Positions 1 through 7,718 are shown, counted from the first letter of the stretch. The stretch: DNA of 32,000 nt from Candidatus Methylomirabilis oxygeniifera (GCA_000091165.1 FP565575.1:1920001-1952000), one strand, 5' to 3'. Numbers and translations: made by a program. The notes: generated by a model from the sequence alone, not told the origin.

Positions 1-503
1 TTGAGGATCTGATCTTGACCTTTGGCGAACAACCCTGAGACATACGAATCCGGCTGTGGCCTCGCCTGTCGATCCTTGATAACCTCGAAGATCTGTTGGA
101 GAATCGCAAGGCTCCCGCCGTAGACCGCCTCCGGATCGAACTGCTGTCGCGCTAACTCCTCCGGCACCTCTGAGTCCGGATGCAGGCGACGGAAAAAACA
201 GGACCGTCGACCGGTATGGCAAGCCGCCACTACCTGCTCGGCCTTGACCAGCAGGGTATCCTCATCGCAGTCGACATAGATCTCGCGCACGCGCTGAATG
301 TGGCCGGACTCCTCCCCCTTTTGCCAGATGCGCTGCCTCGATCGGCTATAAAAATGGGTAAGACCGGTCTCGACGGTCAGTCGCAGCGACTCTTCATTCA
401 TGTAGGCAAGGGTCAGGACCTGGCCGCTCTCAGCATCCTGTACAATGGCCGGGATCAGCCCCGATGCATCGAACCGAATTTGCGCACGATCGAATCGCTC
501 CAT
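1..503 (-). CDS. hisIE: bifunctional phosphoribosyl-AMP cyclohydrolase / phosphoribosyl-ATP pyrophosphatase HisIE (3' end runs off the window)
   Basis: Absent from the ORF track because it is open at the window edge. Hand translation of the minus strand from ATG at 501-503 gives [40 protein letters not shown]...[27 protein letters not shown] (HisI-like), then ...[30 protein letters not shown] (HisE-like). Lies directly downstream of hisF. Confidence 0.85.
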   Translation of the reverse strand, partial: MERFDRAQIRFDASGLIPAIVQDAESGQVLTLAYMNEESLRLTVETGLTHFYSRSRQRIWQKGEESGHIQRVREIYVDCDEDTLLVKAEQVVAACHTGRRSCFFRRLHPDSEVPEELARQQFDPEAVYGGSLAILQQIFEVIKDRQARPQPDSYVSGLFAKGQDQIL

Positions 504-509
504 AGCCCT

Positions 510-1349
510 TTAATCCCGCACCGGGACGCCACGGCCACGCAGGTACGCCTTCGCATCCTGGATTGCGTATTCACGGAAATGAAAGATTGAGGCAGCCAGC
601 GCAGCGTCAGCCCTCCCTTTCACCAATGCCTCATACAGATGATCCAGCGTACCAGCGCCTCCCGAAGCGATGACCGGGATCGTCACGGCATCTGCTACTG
701 CGCGAGTGAGGGCCAGATCGTAGCCATCCTTCGTCCCATCTCTGTCCATGCTGGTCAGCAGGATCTCCCCGGCCCCGAGCGCCTCCCCTTGCTTCGCCCA
801 CCCGACAGCATCAAGTCCGGTCGGGGTCCGTCCACCATGAGTGTAGACCTGCCAGCGCGGAGCGCCGGATGGGGTGTGGGGTGTGGGGTGTGGGGTGTGG
901 GGACCTGCTACCTCAACACTCGACACTTGACACTTGACACTATCACTGACCCGTTTCGCATCGATGGCGAGGACAATGCACTGGCTTCCGAACCGCATGG
1001 CGGCCTCAGTAAGCAGTTCCGGGCGCTCGACGGCCGCCGTGTTCAGCGAGACCTTGTCGGCGCCTGCGAGCAGCAGCGTTCGAATATCCTCTACCACCCG
1101 GACTCCACCACCAACGGTGAGGGGGGTAAAGGTCATCTCGGCCGTTCGACGGACCACATCAAGTAAGATGTCCCGCCGCTCATAGGAGGCGGTGATGTCG
1201 AGAAAGACCAGCTCGTCAGCTCCCTGTTGGTCATACAGCGCCGCCACCTCGGCCGGATCGCCCGCGTCGCGGAGATCTACAAACCGCGTCCCTTTCACGA
1301 CACGCCCGTCTTTCACATCCAGACATGGGATGATCCGCTTTGCCAGCAT
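510..1349 (-). CDS. hisF: imidazole glycerol phosphate synthase cyclase subunit HisF with an in-frame repeat-encoded insertion of about 27 aa
   Basis: 279-aa [51 protein letters not shown] and IASGGAG are typical HisF motifs. It is 25-30 aa longer than usual; the excess maps to the heptamer cassette at 871-941. Confidence 0.95.
   Translation of the reverse strand: MLAKRIIPCLDVKDGRVVKGTRFVDLRDAGDPAEVAALYDQQGADELVFLDITASYERRDILLDVVRRTAEMTFTPLTVGGGVRVVEDIRTLLLAGADKVSLNTAAVERPELLTEAAMRFGSQCIVLAIDAKRVSDSVKCQVSSVEVAGPHTPHPTPHTPSGAPRWQVYTHGGRTPTGLDAVGWAKQGEALGAGEILLTSMDRDGTKDGYDLALTRAVADAVTIPVIASGGAGTLDHLYEALVKGRADAALAASIFHFREYAIQDAKAYLRGRGVPVRD
871..941. repeat. composite tandem-heptamer cassette inside hisF
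   Basis: Plus strand reads (GGGGTGT)x4+GGGG at 871-902, spacer acctgctacct, then CAACACT CGACACT TGACACT TGACACT at 914-941. On the coding strand it is translated as [24 protein letters not shown]. Confidence 0.9.
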
Positions 1350-1352
1350 GAT

Positions 1353-2075
1353 TTATTTTGCCGCCGCAATCGCTTCGTTCAGTGAGAATCTACCCTCGTA
1401 CAGGGCCTTCCCGACCAGGGCACCAATGACGATAGTGGGTTCAAGCGTCGCGACTCGCCTGAGATCGTCGAGTGTGGCAATCCCTCCGGACGCGATGATC
1501 GGGTGGCGGGCCGCCTGAGCCATTTGTTGCAACGCGCCCAGATTCGGTCCCGTGAGCATCCCGTCTCGCTCGATATCGGTATAGATAATCGCTGCCAGCG
1601 GAAGATCGGCCGCTCGTATCGCCAGATCGGCCGCGAGCAGCTCGGTGGCCTCCACCCAACCCCGTACCGCAACCTTCCCGTTTTTCGCATCGATTCCGAG
1701 CAGTACGCGACCGGGATAGCGATGGGCAGCCTCCCTCAAGAATCCCTCATCCTGGATGGCAGCCGTCCCAATGACGGCTCGCTCGATGCCGGAGGCAAAC
1801 GCCTGCTCCAAGGCAGCTAGATTCCGTAATCCGCCACCAAGCTGCACAGGAATCTTGATCGATCGGGCCACTTGGGCAACAACGGAAAGCTGCTGCGGCG
1901 TTCCGGCAAAGGCGCCGTCAAGATCGACCACGTGCAGAATCGGCGCCCCTTCATCCTCCCACCTCTTGGCCATAGCGACCGGGTCGGCGGAATAGGCGGT
2001 TTGACGTAGGGGATCGCCTTGCGACAACCGAACGACGTGGCCCCCTTTCAGGTCGATCGCGGGAATGATCAGCAT
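1353..2075 (-). CDS. hisA: 1-(5-phosphoribosyl)-5-[(5-phosphoribosylamino)methylideneamino]imidazole-4-carboxamide isomerase HisA
   Basis: 240-aa [36 protein letters not shown] and IASGGI motifs. Its stop lies 3 nt from the hisF start. Confidence 0.95.
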   Translation of the reverse strand: MLIIPAIDLKGGHVVRLSQGDPLRQTAYSADPVAMAKRWEDEGAPILHVVDLDGAFAGTPQQLSVVAQVARSIKIPVQLGGGLRNLAALEQAFASGIERAVIGTAAIQDEGFLREAAHRYPGRVLLGIDAKNGKVAVRGWVEATELLAADLAIRAADLPLAAIIYTDIERDGMLTGPNLGALQQMAQAARHPIIASGGIATLDDLRRVATLEPTIVIGALVGKALYEGRFSLNEAIAAAK

Positions 2076-2248
2076 CTACGTGAGAGAGGCGAAGTTTTTC
2101 AGCAGTTGCAGGCCTAAGGCTTGACTCTTCTCGGGGTGAAACCGGCAGGCGAAGAGGTTATCACGCCACAGTACTGAGGTGAATCGAAGGCCATACTCGG
2201 TCGTCGCGGCGATCACGCTTTTATCCTCCGGTTGTACATAGTAGGAGT
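1985..2248. repeat. left copy of a 264-bp direct repeat (hisA 5' end plus hisH 3' end)
   Basis: Hand alignment to 3162-3425 at a constant offset of 1177 nt. No indels and 16 mismatches, 11 of them in the last ~80 nt. Confidence 0.95.
2076..2248 (-). pseudogene. hisH C-terminal fragment (duplicate of the last ~56 codons of hisH)
   Basis: The C-terminal 56 aa of ORF 2076..2312 are [56 protein letters not shown]. Full-length HisH has ...[56 protein letters not shown]. The N-terminal catalytic part is absent. Confidence 0.9.
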
Positions 2249-2413
2249 AGAGCACACAGGCACTTGTATCGCGGGTTTCTCTATCGGGCTGAGTATAGAC
2301 AAGGTGGTGCATAGTGTCAATGAGGGGAAATCAAGGAGCTTTGGGGAAGGCAGACCCAGGGACACCAATCCGTTTCTTGGGATAGCGCTTGGTTTTGTTG
2401 AAGTACTTCTTTG

Positions 2414-2441
2414 TTGAGACGTCATATAGTATTCTTAGTAA
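2414..2441 (+). promoter_or_regulatory. candidate sigma70-type promoter for the DUF4189-like gene
   Basis: TTGAGA (2414-2419), 16-nt spacer, TAGTAA (2436-2441), in the AT-rich stretch upstream of the ATG at 2541. An AAGGAA Shine-Dalgarno lies 8 nt before the ATG. Motif match only. Confidence 0.3.
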
Positions 2442-2540
2442 GAGTTTAACGGTGTGTCGTATGTGGTACCATTTGTCCTTATCAATTACGGCAGTATTGC
2501 ATTTTCAGGCTCCACTCTCTTTTAATAAGGAACTCTACAG

Positions 2541-3056
2541 ATGACAAAGCTAATGAAAATATCCTTTCTCCTTTTTATTAGTATGGTCGTGTCGTCCATG
2601 TTCACCGCAACTGTTGCCTTGGCCGATTGTTATCGGGACTGTATGGAAGCGTCTGGCTGTTGGAGTACAGAACCAGGAGTTAACGTAAGTTATTGCAGCG
2701 ACACCCAAGCCCGATGTTCATCAGATTGCCTCAATGAAGGCCCAAGCGGCCGTGGTAAAATCTACGGCGCCATCGCCTACAGCAAAGAAAACGGAGCGTA
2801 TGGCTACTCTCACGGCTGGACGAACCAGAAAAAAGCCGAAGCAGTCGCGCTTAAAAACTGCTCGGAACACGGATCGGGATGCGAATCGGTGGTGTGGTTT
2901 CATAATAGCTGCGGTGCAGTGGCAAGCGATGGCAGACGTGTGACCTGGGGGCAAGCTGATTCTGCGCAGGTCGCCATGAAGCAAGCCCTCGACAAATGCA
3001 ATAAAAGCTTTCTTAGGGGAAAGTGCAAAAACGTGGCGTCCCACTGTTCAGGATAG
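2541..3056 (+). CDS. secreted cysteine-rich protein, DUF4189-like
   Basis: 171-aa ORF with a signal-peptide-like N-terminus (MTKLMKISFLLFISMVVSSMFTATVALA/DC) and 14 Cys. The core YGAIAYSKENGAYGYSHGW..AEAVALKNC..GCESVVWFHNSCGAVA...WGQA....A...ALDKC matches my recollection of the DUF4189 pattern. Visibly lower GC than the flanks. One of only two plus-strand coding features called in this window; the other is the remnant at 30262-30429. Confidence 0.8.
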   Translation: MTKLMKISFLLFISMVVSSMFTATVALADCYRDCMEASGCWSTEPGVNVSYCSDTQARCSSDCLNEGPSGRGKIYGAIAYSKENGAYGYSHGWTNQKKAEAVALKNCSEHGSGCESVVWFHNSCGAVASDGRRVTWGQADSAQVAMKQALDKCNKSFLRGKCKNVASHCSG

Positions 3057-3091
3057 ACCGCGCCATTGTCTAAAAAGTCTCGGCCGCCCCA

Positions 3092-3160
3092 TCACAGACA
3101 TGCCATTAATTCATCGGGGCCTATTGTGCCATCACCGTTCACATCGAGTATATCGAGGGA
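3092..3160 (-). pseudogene. possible C-terminal remnant of an EF-hand / calcium-binding protein
   Basis: The minus-strand frame reads SLDILDVNGDGTIGPDELMACL-stop. DVNGDGTIGPDE fits the 12-residue EF-hand loop (D1, N3, D5, G6, I8, E12). There is no usable start and the frame runs into the repeat junction. Confidence 0.3.
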
Positions 3161-3161
3161 G

Positions 3162-3252
3162 CGGCGGAATAGGCGGTTTGACGTAGGGGATCGCCTTGCG
3201 ACAACCGAACGACGTGGCCCCCTTTCAGGTCGATTGCGGGAATGATCAGCCT
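3162..3252 (-). pseudogene. hisA 5' fragment (first ~30 codons) with destroyed start codon
   Basis: Matches hisA 1985-2075 with 2 mismatches. One of them changes ATG to AGG (plus strand cat at 2073-2075 versus cct at 3250-3252). The frame hits a stop just past the repeat boundary. Confidence 0.85.
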
Positions 3253-3425
3253 CTACGTGAGAGAGGCGAAGTTTTTCAGCAGTTGCAGGCCCAAGGCTTG
3301 ACTCTTCTCGGGGTGAAACTGGCAGGCGAAGAGGTTATCACGCCACAGCACTGAGGTGAACCGGATACCGTATTCGGTCGTGGCAGCGATCACGTTGTCA
3401 TCCTCCGGTTGTACATAGTAGGAGT
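3162..3425. repeat. right copy of the 264-bp direct repeat
   Basis: See 1985-2248. This copy contains the genuine 3' end of full-length hisH plus a dead hisA 5' fragment. Confidence 0.95.
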
Positions 3426-3885
3426 GGACGAAATAGAAAAATGCCCCATCGGGGATGCCCTTGAAGATCGGAGTCTGCTGTTCGATCCGGACGCGGTTCC
3501 ACCCCATGTGGGGGATCTTGAGTGGGGGCGATTCGCGAATCGCCTCTACCGCGGCATTCTTGAATCGGACGACCCGCCCCTTGATGATGTTGAGACCCGC
3601 ATGATGTCCGAACTCCTCGCTCTCACTGAACAGGAAGTGCAGTCCCAGGCAGATACCGAGAACCGGCGTACCCGCCTCAATCGCCCGAAGTAGCGGCTCG
3701 ATAAATCCACCATCCCGAAGCTTACTGATCCCATCGGCAAATGCACCGACCCCGGGTAGGACAATGCCGGATGCGTCACGGAGCGTTCGCGGATCCTCCG
3801 CGACCTTGGCGTCGGCCCCAACGCGCTCGAATCCCTTTTGGACGCTTCGGAGGTTCGCAATACCGGAATCGATAATGGCAATCAC
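3253..3885 (-). CDS. hisH: imidazole glycerol phosphate synthase glutamine amidotransferase subunit HisH
   Basis: 210-aa ORF. MIAIIDSGIANLRSV, PVLGICLGLHFLF (nucleophile Cys) and FHPEKS motifs. GTG start overlaps the hisB stop (GTGA). Confidence 0.95.
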   Translation of the reverse strand: MIAIIDSGIANLRSVQKGFERVGADAKVAEDPRTLRDASGIVLPGVGAFADGISKLRDGGFIEPLLRAIEAGTPVLGICLGLHFLFSESEEFGHHAGLNIIKGRVVRFKNAAVEAIRESPPLKIPHMGWNRVRIEQQTPIFKGIPDGAFFYFVHSYYVQPEDDNVIAATTEYGIRFTSVLWRDNLFACQFHPEKSQALGLQLLKNFASLT

Positions 3886-4469
3886 AAACTGCCTTTCGTC
3901 GAGGGGACGTCGGCGATCCGTAGATCAATCGCCGTCGCCTGATCGAGACACTTGGCCAATGCCTTAAAGATCGCTTCGACGCAATGGTGCAGATTCTCAC
4001 CATACAGGACCGCCACATGGAGGTCTACCTTCATGTTCATAACCAAAGCGCGCATGAACTCCTTGACGAGCGTGACATCGAAATCACCGATCCGACCCTG
4101 GAGTTGGGACGCCTCATAGACCAGATAGGGACGACCGCTGATGTCGAGCGCCACGCGCGCCAGCGCCTCATCCAGCGGGACAAGCGCCGAGGCGAACCGC
4201 CGGATACCCCGCTTGTCCCCCATGGCCTGAGCGAACGCGTCGCCGAGCGCGATCCCGACATCCTCCACGGTATGGTGCAGATCGATCTGAAGGTCGCCTC
4301 GCGCCTCAATGCTGAGGTCGAAGAGACCGTGTGTCGCCAATTGGGCCAGCATGTGATCAAGGAAAGGGACCTGAGTCTGAAGCGTGTGTCGGCCCGTTCC
4401 GTCCAGGTTGAGCTCCACCGTAACATCGGTTTCTGAGGTCTTCCTGCATACCCTGGCTGTTCGGCTCAT
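3882..4469 (-). CDS. hisB: imidazoleglycerol-phosphate dehydratase HisB
   Basis: ORF 3882..4514. I prefer the ATG at 4467-4469 (MSRTARVCRKTSETDVTVELNLDG...), which is preceded by GGAGAG. Motifs DLHHTVEDVGIALG and NLHHCVEAIFKA. Confidence 0.9.
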   Translation of the reverse strand: MSRTARVCRKTSETDVTVELNLDGTGRHTLQTQVPFLDHMLAQLATHGLFDLSIEARGDLQIDLHHTVEDVGIALGDAFAQAMGDKRGIRRFASALVPLDEALARVALDISGRPYLVYEASQLQGRIGDFDVTLVKEFMRALVMNMKVDLHVAVLYGENLHHCVEAIFKALAKCLDQATAIDLRIADVPSTKGSL

Positions 4470-4519
4470 GATCCGCTCTCCGTCCTCTGTGTCATCTCGC
4501 GTTGCACATCGCACCTCAA

Positions 4520-4566
4520 GAACAGGGTATAGGGCCTAGAGTTGAGGGTAAAGAACAGAACCCTGT
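4520..4566. repeat. weak heptamer-phased array with closing inverted repeat (hisC-hisB intergenic)
   Basis: acagggt atagggc ctagagt tgagggt (4522-4549) keep AGGG/AGAG in a 7-nt phase. acagggt (4522-4528) is exactly complementary to accctgt (4560-4566). Confidence 0.35.
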
Positions 4567-4588
4567 CTGATCCCTGCATCCTCAGCTT

Positions 4589-5668
4589 TCAATCCTGCTT
4601 CAGGGCCTTCGTCAATGCCTCCACAAACCGATTGTTCTCTGCTTTCGTCCCCACAGTGACCCGCAGGCAGTCTTGCAGGCCCGGCACCGACCCAATATTT
4701 CGCACCAAGACGCCCTGCTGAAGCAGCGCTCCGAACAGATCGCCTCCAGAATGCGTCGTCCGAAAGAGGATGAAGTTCGCTGCCGACGGAAAGGCTTCGA
4801 CGCCTGGTAACGCGACCAGACAGCCCATCACCCGCTCCCGCTCCCGGACCACCTCACCAATGTTGGCATCGATCCACTCATGGTGGTTGAGCAGTACGAC
4901 AGCGGCCGTCTGGGAGAAACTGTTCAGGTTGAACGGGAGGCGGACCTTCTCTATCTCGGCCGCGAGCGCAGGATGGGCAACGAGGTAGCCGATTCGCAGA
5001 CCGGCCAGTCCGATCTTGGAGAGGGAGTGGAGGATAACCAGCCGCTCCTGATCGATCAGGTGCGGCAGCATGGTCCGTCCGGCGTATGGCCCATAGGCTT
5101 CGTCCACCACGACCAATCCGGGCGCAACGGCAAGAATCTTACAGATCTCCGCCTCGGAGAAGACCCCGCCGGTTGGGTTGTTTGGTGTCGCGAGAAAGAT
5201 GATCCTGGGGCGCAATCGCTCGATGGTCTCGATCAGTGTCGGCAGGTCTGGCTCAAAGCGAGGGCCGAGCGGTACCCCTTCGAAGCGCAGTCCGTGAGCC
5301 CTCGCGATCAGTTCATACATCGAAAACGTCGGAACCGGGGCGAGCGCCGTAGCGCCAGGTCCGGAAGTCGCCAGCAGCAACAGTTGGATCAGCTCATCGG
5401 ACCCATTGCCGAGGACAAGCGATTCCGGCGACACCCGGAGCTGTGCGGCCAGGACTGATCGGAGCCGATCCGCTTTCGCATCCGGGTAGCGATGGACGTC
5501 TACCTGATCCAACGCACAGCGAAGTTCCCGGCGAAGCTCCTCGGGGAGCAGAAACGGGCTTTCATTGGCATCGAGCTTGATCAGACCTGGTCGTGGCTCC
5601 TCGGCTCGATACGCTGTCAGGCTCAGCACTTCAGGCTTGATCAAATCGAGCAGGCGCGGCCTCTTCAT
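4589..5668 (-). CDS. hisC: histidinol-phosphate aminotransferase HisC
   Basis: 359-aa ORF. KLDANESP, TPNNPTG and LSKIGLAGLRIGY (PLP-lysine context) are typical of class-II aminotransferase HisC. Confidence 0.93.
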   Translation of the reverse strand: MKRPRLLDLIKPEVLSLTAYRAEEPRPGLIKLDANESPFLLPEELRRELRCALDQVDVHRYPDAKADRLRSVLAAQLRVSPESLVLGNGSDELIQLLLLATSGPGATALAPVPTFSMYELIARAHGLRFEGVPLGPRFEPDLPTLIETIERLRPRIIFLATPNNPTGGVFSEAEICKILAVAPGLVVVDEAYGPYAGRTMLPHLIDQERLVILHSLSKIGLAGLRIGYLVAHPALAAEIEKVRLPFNLNSFSQTAAVVLLNHHEWIDANIGEVVRERERVMGCLVALPGVEAFPSAANFILFRTTHSGGDLFGALLQQGVLVRNIGSVPGLQDCLRVTVGTKAENNRFVEALTKALKQD

Positions 5669-5669
5669 G

Positions 5670-6959
5670 TCAGCTCAGCCTCCGGATCGAGGCCGCCCTC
5701 GCGTGGGCCTCAAGTCCCTCCAGACGGGCCAGCTCAACCAATGTCGGCTCCAGTGCCTCCAGCTTCTGTCGGCTGAAGGCGATCAGTGAACTCTGACGTT
5801 GGAAATCGGCCACGGAGAGGGGCGACGCAAAACGCGCCGTCCCTCCGGTCGGCAGGATATGATTCGGTCCGGCCAGGTAATCACCCACTACCTCCGGACT
5901 GGCACCTCCCATGAAAATAGCGCCCGCGTGTCTGATTTGCGGCAATAGTCCCCAGGGGTCCTTCACCAATAGTTCCAGGTGCTCAGGCGCGATCTCATTG
6001 CAGAGGGTGGCGGCCTCGCCCAGTCCCTTCACGACGACTGCCGCGCCGAACTGCTCCAAGGAGGCCTCTGCAATCTGTCGCCTGGGCAACAGCGCGACTT
6101 GGCGTGTGACCTCGTTCACCACCTCTCCGGCAAGCCGCTGGGATGGAGTGAGCAGCATCGCGCTGGAGAGCGGATCATGTTCAGCCTGCGAAAGCAGGTC
6201 GGCGGCAACCCAGGCGGCGTCGGCCTCCTCGTCGGCGATGATCAACAACTCCGTCGGGCCGGCGATCATATCGATCCCGACCTGTCCGAAGACCAGCCGC
6301 TTGGCCGCCGCAACATACACGTTTCCCGGACCCACGATCTTATCCACCCTCGGAATCGATGCAGTCCCATAGGCCATGGCCGCCACTGCCTGAACGCCGC
6401 CCGCCTTATAGATCGTATGAACCCCGCACAGATCGGCAGCAACCAGCACCGCGTCCGCGACCTTGCCGTCGCGACGCGGCGGCGTACACATCACGACCTC
6501 CGCGACGCCGGCAATCGCAGCCGGAATCGCATTCATGAGCACCGTAGACGGGTAGGCCGCCGTGCCACCAGGAACATAGATCCCTACCCGGTCCAGCGGA
6601 CGGACAACCATCCCGACGATCGCCCCGTCTTCCTCCGAGAACCAGGAGGGGCGGAGCTGTCGGAGATGAAAGGCCCTGACCCGCGATACCGCCGTCTTGA
6701 TCGCCTCAAGGGACGCGGGCGGCAAGGCGACATATGCGGCCTCAACCTCCCCTGACTTCACCTGCACCGACGCGGCATCGAGACGGACACCGTCGAACCG
6801 CTCCGTCTGCTCGAAAAGAGCGCTATCACCGCCCGTCCGTATCGCGTCAAGGATACCGCGAACGGTCCGCTCAACTTCGGCAGGCAGCGCGCCTTGTCGG
6901 GACCTGAGCTGCGCGACAAACAGCCGCCACTCTTGCGATCCGGCCTGAAGCAGCTTCAT
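5670..6959 (-). CDS. hisD: histidinol dehydrogenase HisD
   Basis: 429-aa ORF with IDMIAGPTELLIIAD, SQAEHD, APEHLEL and GDYLAGPNHILPT motifs. 4-nt overlap with the hisG stop. Confidence 0.95.
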   Translation of the reverse strand: MKLLQAGSQEWRLFVAQLRSRQGALPAEVERTVRGILDAIRTGGDSALFEQTERFDGVRLDAASVQVKSGEVEAAYVALPPASLEAIKTAVSRVRAFHLRQLRPSWFSEEDGAIVGMVVRPLDRVGIYVPGGTAAYPSTVLMNAIPAAIAGVAEVVMCTPPRRDGKVADAVLVAADLCGVHTIYKAGGVQAVAAMAYGTASIPRVDKIVGPGNVYVAAAKRLVFGQVGIDMIAGPTELLIIADEEADAAWVAADLLSQAEHDPLSSAMLLTPSQRLAGEVVNEVTRQVALLPRRQIAEASLEQFGAAVVVKGLGEAATLCNEIAPEHLELLVKDPWGLLPQIRHAGAIFMGGASPEVVGDYLAGPNHILPTGGTARFASPLSVADFQRQSSLIAFSRQKLEALEPTLVELARLEGLEAHARAASIRRLS

Positions 6960-7639
6960 ACGCGCGCCCTCACCGATTGCGCCTCAACCTGCTTCCGCAT
7001 CTCCTCGATCAGATCCTGGACCCGGCGGTACTTTGTCTTGAGGCTCGCCCGATTGACGATGAGCCGCGCCGTAGCCTTGGCGATCTCCTCAACCTCCACC
7101 AACCCGTTCTCCTTCAAGGTCTGTCCGGTCTCCACGAGGTCAACGATTCGCTCGGCCAGCCCCACAAGGGGCGCAAGCTCAAGAGACCCATTTAATTTAA
7201 TGATCTCTGCCTGGATCCCTTTGCGGCTGAAGAACGCTTCCGCGAGATGTGGATATTTGGTAGCCAGTCTCAGATGCGACCAGGAATGGGGGTCATCCTG
7301 CTTACGGAGTTCGGCGGGCTCTGCGACAACAAGTCGACAGGCGCCGAATCTGAGATCCAGCGGCTCATAGACATCACGGCACTGCTCGAGGAGCTGGTCC
7401 TTCCCCACGATCCCCATATCGGCGGCACCGTGCTCAACGTAGGTCGGAATGTCGGCAGGTTTCAATGTGAGGAACTGCAGTTGTCGAACCGGGTCCTCGC
7501 AGATCAGGCGGCGTGAATCAGCAAAACCTCGGAGACATGTGATGCCCATTCCCTCAAAGAGCGCCATGACAGGGGATAACAGACGGCCCTTGGGCAGCGC
7601 GATGGCAATGACGTCGTTATTTGAAGTTCCAGGTGTCAT
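6956..7639 (-). CDS. hisG: ATP phosphoribosyltransferase HisG (short form)
   Basis: ORF 6956..7708. I prefer the ATG at 7637-7639 (MTPGTSNNDVIAIALPKGRL...), because the 23 upstream codons are encoded by intergenic heptamer repeats. At 227 aa the length fits the short, HisZ-dependent form. Confidence 0.9.
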   Translation of the reverse strand: MTPGTSNNDVIAIALPKGRLLSPVMALFEGMGITCLRGFADSRRLICEDPVRQLQFLTLKPADIPTYVEHGAADMGIVGKDQLLEQCRDVYEPLDLRFGACRLVVAEPAELRKQDDPHSWSHLRLATKYPHLAEAFFSRKGIQAEIIKLNGSLELAPLVGLAERIVDLVETGQTLKENGLVEVEEIAKATARLIVNRASLKTKYRRVQDLIEEMRKQVEAQSVRARV

Positions 7640-7640
7640 A

Positions 7641-7708
7641 TTTCGCGTTTCGAATTTCGGGTCACTAGAAGAGTCCCACCTCGACACCCAACACTGCACA
7701 CTCGACAC
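7641..7708. repeat. two adjacent tandem-heptamer arrays in the murA-hisG spacer
   Basis: tttcgcg tttcgaa tttcggg (7641-7661), spacer, then tcgacac ccaacac tgcacac tcgacac (7681-7708). Confidence 0.85.
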
Positions 7709-7718
7709 TCTCTGTTAT

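Noticed and set aside
180-590. 136-aa plus-strand ORF at the window start.
   Set aside because: It is antisense to a clear HisIE coding frame that the ORF track missed because it is open at the window edge.
871-941. Heptamer arrays considered as CRISPR arrays.
   Set aside because: The period is 7 nt with no unique spacers, arrays are under 35 nt, and there are no cas genes. This does not fit CRISPR architecture.
2076-2312. 78-aa ORF considered as an independent gene.
   Set aside because: Its C-terminal 56 residues duplicate the HisH C-terminus without the catalytic part, so it is called a gene fragment. It may still be translated and couple to hisA (see findings).
3057-3125. Possible terminator after the DUF4189-like gene (GGCCGCCCC ... 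GGGGCC).
   Set aside because: The arms are short and imperfect, the loop is about 30 nt, and no T-tract follows. Not convincing.
2249-3161. The insert between the 264-bp repeats considered as an IS element or MITE.
   Set aside because: No transposase, no terminal inverted repeats that I could find, and flanking repeats far longer than any usual target-site duplication. Homologous-recombination or duplication models fit better.
5979-6755. Long plus-strand ORFs antisense to housekeeping genes. Includes this 258-aa ORF and also 7911-8615, 15543-16220, 19460-20146, 27329-27925 and 29775-30443.
   Set aside because: All lie opposite well-supported minus-strand genes (hisD, murA, polA, hrcA/hemW, the channel, yceI). 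They have Arg/Pro/Ser/Gly-rich composition and no family motifs. These are shadow ORFs expected at this GC content.
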